From Paraphysomonas bandaiensis (taxonomy: Eukaryota; Protista; Chrysophyceae), in contig CBFFRP010000022.1 in the NCBI GenBank assembly GCA_965644295.1, positions 1 to 14,287 of the forward strand: 14,287 bases of DNA, written 5' to 3'. A program made the translations under genes and the position numbers. Shown here piece after piece: positions 1 to 8,341 of the stretch (positions are counted from its first letter, which is position 1; each line of letters opens with the position of its first letter). Under the pieces are notes generated by a model that was given only the letters and a program-made list of their open reading frames with translations, had not been told where the DNA came from and did not search any database.

Positions 1-165
1 AATTGGTATGCAGCCCGGCGACTTAACATAACTCCCGTACAATACTTTCAAGACGACAGTATAATGTTTGGACCATAAAAAACGTTAATGTAAATAGAGA
101 CACTAATTAACAGTATATTATTAACAATACAAGCAGTCCTAACCCTAACACACCACAACAAACAA

Positions 166-2283
166 TTATATTAATTTCGCGTCCTTCGCCACATTGCTGG
201 ACTTCATATCTATTATGCTCTGAGGTGACTCTAAATATGTGAGTGACGACGACTTCGATACTAACACTCTACTTCTCAAAGGCGCTTTCTTCACTTTTTT
301 CTTGTTTAATTTTTCTTGTTCTGCCAACAGCATAGGATCATTGTGCGAGGTAACTACGCCTCCAATGAGGGGCTTTTTGGCTGCCTGTTTCGATATCTCT
401 TCACTCATGCGCTTCAGTGCTACAGCACTCATTGCAACCTTCTTCTCTCTGCTCTTATTTAGTTTCCGTGTTTCATCAACTATGGCTTTCTTAACTGGCT
501 GTCGTAATCTCGATGACCCCTCCTCTACAACTTGGACCATATTCCATAGCCCACTCTTCTGTAAATTAGTTCTCGAATGAGTGACACTCTTTAGCTCCTG
601 TCTTCTCTTCTTCGCTAAAGTGTGAGCGATCATCGGTGCAGCCATATTGGGGTTAAGAGTAGGAAGTAGTGAGGTACAAAAGGACACTTCAAGGGGAGCA
701 GCCAAATCCTCCCGTGATACTTTCTCACAAAGATCCTCTGTTAGCCCAAGAGGGTCGTCAGATATGTTTATAGCACTTGGCTGAATCTTCACTTTCATTG
801 GAGGTCCTCTCTTCCGCATTGAAGTAGCAGTATTTGATGTTATACGACACTGTGATTCGAACTGCTGGTCCAGAGAGGCTTCTTGCTCAGCGTCTTTTTC
901 AAACTGCCTTAATCTCATCTGCACTTCTTTGTCCTCGGGGTTCAAGCGAAGTGCCTCTTTAAAATCTTCGTATGCCTCGTGGTACATTCCCAGGTAATAC
1001 TCCGCCTTGCCACGAAGAGAATAATATTCGCTGATTTTGTTATTGAGAGCTAGTGCACCATCCAATTGTTCTTTGCATGACGCATACTTAGCATCATTAA
1101 AATTCTCAACTGCAAGGTCATAGTATGTAATGGAGAGATTTGTGGTAATGCTCCAATTTCCAGGAGCGCGAGCGAGAGCAAGCTTATAGTCAGCTATTGC
1201 AAACAGAGGCTCATTAATAGCACGATAACAATCACCCCTGTTTTTAAAATAGCAGTAGTCAATATCCATCTCATTAGGCTGTAGTTTCCGTTCCGATGCA
1301 ATAGCTTTATTCATAAGCACTATGGCTTTCTGATATTGTCCCTCTATCGCCAATTTCATTGCCATCTCATTGATTACTAGATTTTGCTGCCGAGTTATCT
1401 CAAATGGGACTTTAACGATAGGTAGAGTCCCATACGGATCCGTCCGCTTAAATACTTCTGCAGCAGCTGTAAGGGCACTGTACGCATTGTTCAAATCACC
1501 TTTCGCTCGGTAACATTTCGAGAGCATCATATGCAATTTGACGTCGTTCTGGTTGACTTCCAATGCATGCTGGATGTGTGTTTTTGCCTCATCGAATTGT
1601 CCAGCATTAAACAAGTCGAGGCTCTGCATGTACATTTTCTCAGCATTGGCATAGGCGCGAGCAATGAATGCTTTACTTTCCGGATGCTCTCCGTCTATGA
1701 GCACAGCCTTGCGCATGTCTTTGTTACCTATCTCAACATTGCCCATTGCCCAATGAATCTTAGCGCGAAGAATAAATATATCAATTGTAGTAATGTCTCC
1801 AATATTGATAGCACGGTTAACTGCTTGAAGGGCAGACTTAAACTTCTTGCAATGTACATCACATACTGCCTTCAGCACCCAGACGTTGTCACGAGTTGGG
1901 TCCATATCAAGGGCATCTTCAAAATAGCAGGACGCACGTTCATAGTTAGTCCCTAGACGCATCATCTCCTGGGCTCTATTGACAAGCAAATCACACAACT
2001 GTTTCCTTGTTTTTAAATCTGTTGGGTCTCTGTCCAAAGCAAATCTCAATGCAAATATTGCCGATGAAGTATCTAACGCCCTTTTATACACTTCTGCTTT
2101 GGCAATAAAATGTACGGGATCATTAGGTTTCAAAGAGGACGCACGATTCAGTTCTTTAATAATTCTCTCGAGTTCCAAAGAATAATTATTACCTTCATTC
2201 AAAAGCTTTATCGCACGCTCGTAATGAAACATCGCCCTATTTAAGGGTATATCGAGATAAGTAAGTTTGGTTGCCTCAGCCAT
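166..2283 (-). CDS. Tetratricopeptide-repeat protein, TTC16-like (~705 aa, single coding exon)
   Basis: Uninterrupted ORF. The first ATG is at 2283 in an AAA-ATG-G context; the track start at 2310 is a GTG just after a TAG acceptor-like site. Multiple TPR helix pairs, e.g. YYSLRGKAEYYLGMYHEAYEDFKEALRLNPED and YFKNRGDCY...FAIADYKLALARAP. Segments IDIFILRAKI, GQYQKAIVLMNKAIASE and NRGDC resemble animal TTC16 as I recall it (not searched). The C-terminal third is basic and low-complexity. Confidence 0.85.
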   Translation of the reverse strand: MAEATKLTYLDIPLNRAMFHYERAIKLLNEGNNYSLELERIIKELNRASSLKPNDPVHFIAKAEVYKRALDTSSAIFALRFALDRDPTDLKTRKQLCDLLVNRAQEMMRLGTNYERASCYFEDALDMDPTRDNVWVLKAVCDVHCKKFKSALQAVNRAINIGDITTIDIFILRAKIHWAMGNVEIGNKDMRKAVLIDGEHPESKAFIARAYANAEKMYMQSLDLFNAGQFDEAKTHIQHALEVNQNDVKLHMMLSKCYRAKGDLNNAYSALTAAAEVFKRTDPYGTLPIVKVPFEITRQQNLVINEMAMKLAIEGQYQKAIVLMNKAIASERKLQPNEMDIDYCYFKNRGDCYRAINEPLFAIADYKLALARAPGNWSITTNLSITYYDLAVENFNDAKYASCKEQLDGALALNNKISEYYSLRGKAEYYLGMYHEAYEDFKEALRLNPEDKEVQMRLRQFEKDAEQEASLDQQFESQCRITSNTATSMRKRGPPMKVKIQPSAINISDDPLGLTEDLCEKVSREDLAAPLEVSFCTSLLPTLNPNMAAPMIAHTLAKKRRQELKSVTHSRTNLQKSGLWNMVQVVEEGSSRLRQPVKKAIVDETRKLNKSREKKVAMSAVALKRMSEEISKQAAKKPLIGGVVTSHNDPMLLAEQEKLNKKKVKKAPLRSRVLVSKSSSLTYLESPQSIIDMKSSNVAKDAKLI

Positions 2284-2895
2284 TTTATGTATATTACTAT
2301 ATAGAAACACCTATATGGGATATTATAATGCAGTTATATAGTGATGACCATGAATGGGGATCACTCCGTAAGATATAAGCGATGAGCTTAATCAGGAGTG
2401 TGTATATATATGGACTAGTCTATATAGCAGTGTTTAGTCAGTACACTGTAATATCTCTGTTTCACAAGAGAGATAACATGCAAAGACACTCTGCTCCGTC
2501 TGCTATATGACTAGATGATGAACTGCTATGTGTATATATAACTCCAGGCAGTGCTCTCTCAACATACATGTATATACAACTGTATGTATGCCTCTGCTGT
2601 ATCTAAAGTATAGAATCATCTGTAGTCTATTTTTTTTTCAGGGTTGGGACAATGAAACCGTCCCTTGATAAACTGAAATCCAATGTGTCTATTAAAGATA
2701 TTATAACTAAATCACGTTGAGAAGTGATATGGTGAGGTTGAATTGAGTCGCTGTGTAAAGAGGAGAACTATACATACATATACATATATACATCCCCACT
2801 ACTAACTCTATCCACTTTAAATATAGTCAAGTGGACCGTAGCGTGAGTCGTTGGACAATATATCGACCACCGCTTTGTTGTTCAATTGAATTACA
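2284..2895. promoter_or_regulatory. Divergent (bidirectional) intergenic region between the TPR gene and PP1
   Basis: Start codons at 2283 (-) and 2896 (+) face away from each other. Contains a TACA/TA microsatellite (~2768-2793) and TACATGTATATA (2565-2576). Transcription starts cannot be located from sequence. Confidence 0.5.
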
Positions 2896-4195
<1,300 letters not shown>

Positions 4196-4569
4196 TCCTA
4201 TCGTTTCACGTAGTTCTGCACTGAGAATAGAACATATAAGCACTGATTTAAGTTAGGCGTGTGTAAATTGTAGCTGGCAAGTCATAAGTATTTAAGTTGC
4301 GGGCCGAGCACGTCGCTACTATGATGTCAGAATTTGGTAATACGGTACTTGCGTTCGATATTGTGCATGGCTGGCTACATGTTGCGCTAAGAATGTGGTT
4401 GCACCCTGCTTGGTTTCCGGATGTAGTAACGTACTTAACAGTCTTTTACCGTTGTTGATTTGAGATAATCTCTCACCTTTATCTTCTGCATGACCCATCA
4501 ATATTTCGATATGTTCTACTATGTATCACGTATCGTATAATCTCCACTAAGCCGTGTCACGGTATAAAT

Positions 4570-4850
4570 CAGGGAGGCGAAACAATTATTTTCAATTAAA
4601 TTGCAATGATTAGTTATAGCCTGCGCAATTAGAATTGCAATTTAATTGCCGATTATTGGCTGATAAATTATTTACTACTCATTACAACCACGAATAGCCA
4701 GGCTTGCGTAACAATTAATTGGTTTTTCAATTTATTGGCAATAATTGCTAATTAAATTAATTAGTTTCAAGAGTGGAAATTTCAAGTATTATTATTGTTA
4801 ATTGTAGCCAAGTAATTGGCTGGTTAAATTATATATAGCATCTTAAGATG
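4570..4850. repeat. Two related CAGG-initiated termini followed by dense CAATTA/TAATTG-like motifs; probable hAT transposon ends
   Basis: CAGGGAGGCGAAACAATTA at 4570 and CAGGCTTGCGTAACAATTA at 4699 are each followed by many AATT-core motifs in both orientations. They lie 3' of the hAT transposase remnant. I found no partner TIR or TSD. Confidence 0.45.
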
Positions 4851-5150
4851 TATAGCTACTGATTACTGATCATAGGTACAAACGTACAAACCCATTGATC
4901 TGTAAGCATAGAAGCTTGGATGTATGTACACAGTCATGCAAAGAACAAACTGAGCACCTCCACAACGATCGTCTAGATACGTAGCTTATAAGGTGATTGC
5001 ACATATTCAACTGCTTCGAAATATTCAAGTATAGTAGTGTAAATATGACGTTATAACAGTATCCGTTAGGTACCACTATAGAGGAAGAGAAGTATGTGTG
5101 TGTACAAGAATAAACTCACAGGGGAGCAGTAGTGCGTGTGCAAAATACAC

Positions 5151-5303
5151 TCATACAGAGTTCCGAATAGCATCTTCAACTGTACTTGCATTCCAAAAGA
5201 AGTCTATTAAAGCGCATGAACATAAGGGTCTCCAATTGATGAGGTGCCAGATCACTCAAGTTGATTTTCGCACTACTGAAAGCCTTTCTACACAATTTGT
5301 AGT
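5151..5303 (-). pseudogene. Frameshifted hAT-family transposase C-terminal (hATC dimerisation) remnant
   Basis: The reverse strand reads TTNCVERL/(frameshift)SSAKINLSDLAPHQLETLMFMRFNR/(frameshift)WNASTVEDAIRNSV*. This matches the hATC pattern TxxxxERxFSxA...LxPxxLExLxFLxxN, with two frameshifts and a short deletion. It is not in the ORF track. Confidence 0.75.
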
Positions 5304-5423
5304 GCATTATTCTTAAAGCAGCGGTACTTAGTTGGTTTATTCGTGCGTATGCTCTTTTGTTCTTAGTGCGCTTGGTGTCTTCTCGTCATAATATCTTATT
5401 TTACCTCTTTCTTCATCAACTCT

Positions 5424-6741
5424 GCTCATTCCCGGATCCCCGTTTATTTGTCAAGGCTCAAAGATGTTTTAACATTTATTCTAAAAACATGTTCTCTTTA
5501 CACCTACTACATATTACTTATTACAAAACACATCAAAAACACAACTTAAATCGACATTTTTAAAATTTTACCAGGTTTAGACCGTTTTACCAGGTTTTGT
5601 CATCACATCAACAACTTTTACACAAGTAGTGACACTTATTTGTGTCCCTTGTACTACACAAGCATTTGGCTCTGAGTGGGCAGAACAATATCTGCTGACT
5701 ATATATGCGGCTCACGTTAGTTTTTCCCGGAGAGGATCTCCGGTACTTATATCCCCCACCAGAACACCATGAAAATATTGCGAGTCGGCCTTTGTTGAGG
5801 ATTATTATATTGTTGTGTAATATAATAAAATAACGTACAAACGGCTGTCAGTATTATATATAAGATAGAAGAAAATATCTGTTCAAACCGAATGAAGTTG
5901 AGTGTATATATTTGCCCGGTGCTGATATTAGCGCTATTATGTTGAACCAGTTCAGGTCAAAGAACACTTCTTTTCTATTGCTGGTGATTATTTAACAGGG
6001 TAGTATCTTTGTTGTGCTCTAGCAAGCCACAAGTTAATAGCAAACGATAGTGCTATCTATCAACTAGTTTCATCAGGTGTTATTTGTGATAATAGTAGTG
6101 AATTGCACTCCAATCTGTCACAAGTAGACAGACTACACACTTTAGCGACATCTTGAACACCAATACAATAGAATATGGCCTTACTCTATGCAAGATTTCA
6201 TACATACTACACCGCATTGTCATTATGCACCTTATAATAGTATATACTCTTGTTTACATTGTATACTACATACTCATTGTAGACCAACTGTGTATAGTGT
6301 ATAGAGTGTAATGTACAGCGGTATACTATCAAGCCAAGCTTTACTCCAATGATAGCCAACAACCTTCCCCCTGCCTATATGAAGATAACAATAATTTTGG
6401 TTTTGCTTTTTCTCTTGCTTTGTTATAAGAAAATACTATAAAAAACTCTTGTCTTAATAATTTTCTTATATATATTTTGTTACTCTTTTATTCTGTAACA
6501 AAGGCGTTACAAGAGACTAGAGACCTCAACAAAGTCGGACTCGCACGTTTTTGTGGTGTTCTGGGGGCTAAGTACCGGAGCGATTCTCTCTGGGAAACTA
6601 ACGTGAGCCGCAAACATAGTCAGCAGATATTCTTCTGCCCACCCATAGCCGAATGCTTGTGTAGTACAAGGGACAACAATAAGTGTCACTTGTGTAGACG
6701 TGTGTGGGCCCTGACGAATAAACAGGCATCCGGGAATGGGC
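5424..6741. mobile_element. Long imperfect inverted-repeat (foldback/MITE-like) structure
   Basis: 5619-5800 is the reverse complement of 6524-6696 (roughly 80% by eye, with small indels), and the match continues weakly inward to ~5865/~6465. An outer pair, 5424-5460 vs 6705-6741, matches at 31/37. The inner unit CACAAG...CTTGTG (5621-6694) has TA on both sides. Confidence 0.75.
5566..5597 (+). repeat. 13-bp direct repeat TTTTACCAGGTTT x2
   Basis: Exact copies at 5566-5578 and 5585-5597, inside the segment that interrupts the left inverted-repeat arm. Confidence 0.8.
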
Positions 6742-6778
6742 CCACCTCAAGGGCATTCGGGACAGGGCCCACCTGAAG
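6725..6778 (+). repeat. GC-rich 27-bp tandem repeat x2 plus a partial copy
   Basis: GGCATCCGGGAATGGGCCCACCTCAAG at 6725, a diverged second copy starting at 6752, and a partial GCATCCGGGA near 6818. Confidence 0.8.
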
Positions 6779-7286
6779 GGTAACCATGGTATGTATTGCG
6801 CTGCCTGCTGAAGTCAAGCATCCGGGATGTTCACTTTCAGAACTCAGAGCGGAAGTGGAAAGCGGATATATATGAGCCCCTCGATTAGGTCATTTCTGAA
6901 GAAGCAAACTCTGTTAGAAAAATGATATAACTAACTATACTGTTACTCTATGCTGATATTATAAGTTATAAACAATGTCTCTACTACCAATCATTTCAAT
7001 TAAATGCTAGAGATGACGATTTGATACGGTCAATATATATATATTATCTACTTCTGTAACAGTCACAATTCAAATATCTTTGAACTACAGCTTTCAATTC
7101 CTCTCAAACAGCAAAACTCAACAAACTCTAGGATGGTAAAGGCTTATTTAAGTGAAAGTAATTCGCACTCAATGCTATAGTTATGTAAATTATAAACATT
7201 ATGATCAATATCACTATCATTCATTGTTCATCGCAAAATTTATGTTATCTCAGCTACTAATCATTTTCACACGATCAGCATATATA

Positions 7287-7938
7287 GGGATATATTATTC
7301 AACCTAGTCAATTTGGAGGAATTTCCTAGTCATTCCATTTTCGGTGTAAAAACCTAGTCAAAGCCATAAATGACTCAACCTAGCCAATTATAGTATTAAA
7401 CCTAGTCGTTCTTATATCCATTGATTACACATTGCGACTGGATATAGGTGCACATCACTTGGGAGGTGTGTACGAGATATATATTGTCCTGTACATATCT
7501 TAATGTTATCGTCAGAGAACATTATTGTCAAGCTCCATTATGCCTGAAAGGGTTTGCGGCAGTCCTTGCAATAATTCGAGTGCCTGGAGATATGTATATG
7601 CTTGGATTGGTGCTGCTGGTATACAAGAGCGAGAAAGGGTTTCGATGGCAGCGTCGGTTCTCTGATGCCCCTGATGAGATATTTGTTCATCCTAAGATAT
7701 ACGATGCTGAAATATATGATGCACATTGCATATTGCATGCATACAGTATTTGCTAGAGTATGCTCCCACGTTTGACTAGGTGAATACCCTATTCCACCTA
7801 GTCAACCTAGTCATTGTAAAAAGTTAAAAATCTAATTATTTAATGACTAGGTTTTTCAACCTTTTGACTAGGTTTCTACACCAATTTTGGTGTGACTAGG
7901 AAATTCCACCAAATTGACTAGGTCGAAAAATAGATCCC
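7287..7938. mobile_element. Non-autonomous Mutator/MULE-type DNA transposon (652 bp) with ~75-bp TIRs and a 9-bp TSD
   Basis: The left end GGGATATATTATTCAACCTAGTCAATTTGGAGGAATTTCCTAGTCA pairs with the right end (reverse complement GGGATCTATTTTTCGACCTAGTCAATTTGGTGGAATTTCCTAGTCA). GCATATATA is duplicated exactly at 7278-7286 and 7939-7947. There are 12 copies of the CCTAGTCA/TGACTAGG motif (two imperfect) and no transposase ORF. Confidence 0.9.
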
Positions 7939-8341
7939 GCATATATATTTCAATTTCTCTACTATGACTGCTATATTATAACATTAGTTCTCATAATAGA
8001 TTAACCACTTCTGTATCTCCCATTAACTTTCGTAATCCAAATACCTTTCGAATAGCAAAACTCATTCATTCGGCCTCTCTTCACAAATTGAGTGCTTAAG
8101 TGATACATATTGCAACAGTACAATGTCAATATATAGTTCGATAACCCTGCTACAAGTTGACCATTTTGTCGCATGCTCCAGTATATATTGTGGAACTAAT
8201 ACAGAATACATGTCCAGGCTTAACATTGGTAATTTCACCGGAGTGTACTATTTTGATATAAATGCACTAACACAACCTTAATTCATTAAGGAAACTGTAC
8301 TCACAACGTCAAGAAACAAAAATAACACTTCGATTTTATAA

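Noticed and set aside
138-149. CCTAACCCTAAC telomere-like repeat
   Set aside because: Only two units in a 3' flank, so not a telomere array.
1400-1770. PP1-docking RVxF-like motifs in the TPR protein (KVPF, KIHW)
   Set aside because: KVPF has the disallowed Pro and KIHW lies inside a TPR helix; neither supports PP1 binding.
239-2185. Plus-strand ORFs 239-580, 1531-1956 and 1979-2185
   Set aside because: Antisense shadows of the TPR gene with no recognisable motifs.
4319-6776. Short ORFs at 4319, 4870, 5098, 5357, 6477 and 6507
   Set aside because: No motifs, mostly non-ATG starts, and several lie in repeat arms or antisense to the hAT remnant.
6421-6974. Solo LTR with TGTTATAA...TTATAAACA ends
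   Set aside because: The flanks show no 4-6 bp TSD, so it is kept only as an alternative hypothesis.
7301-7407. Regularly spaced CCTAGTCA repeats resembling a CRISPR array
   Set aside because: The repeats are only 8-10 bp, mirrored at the other end inside TIRs with a TSD, in a eukaryotic context with no cas genes.
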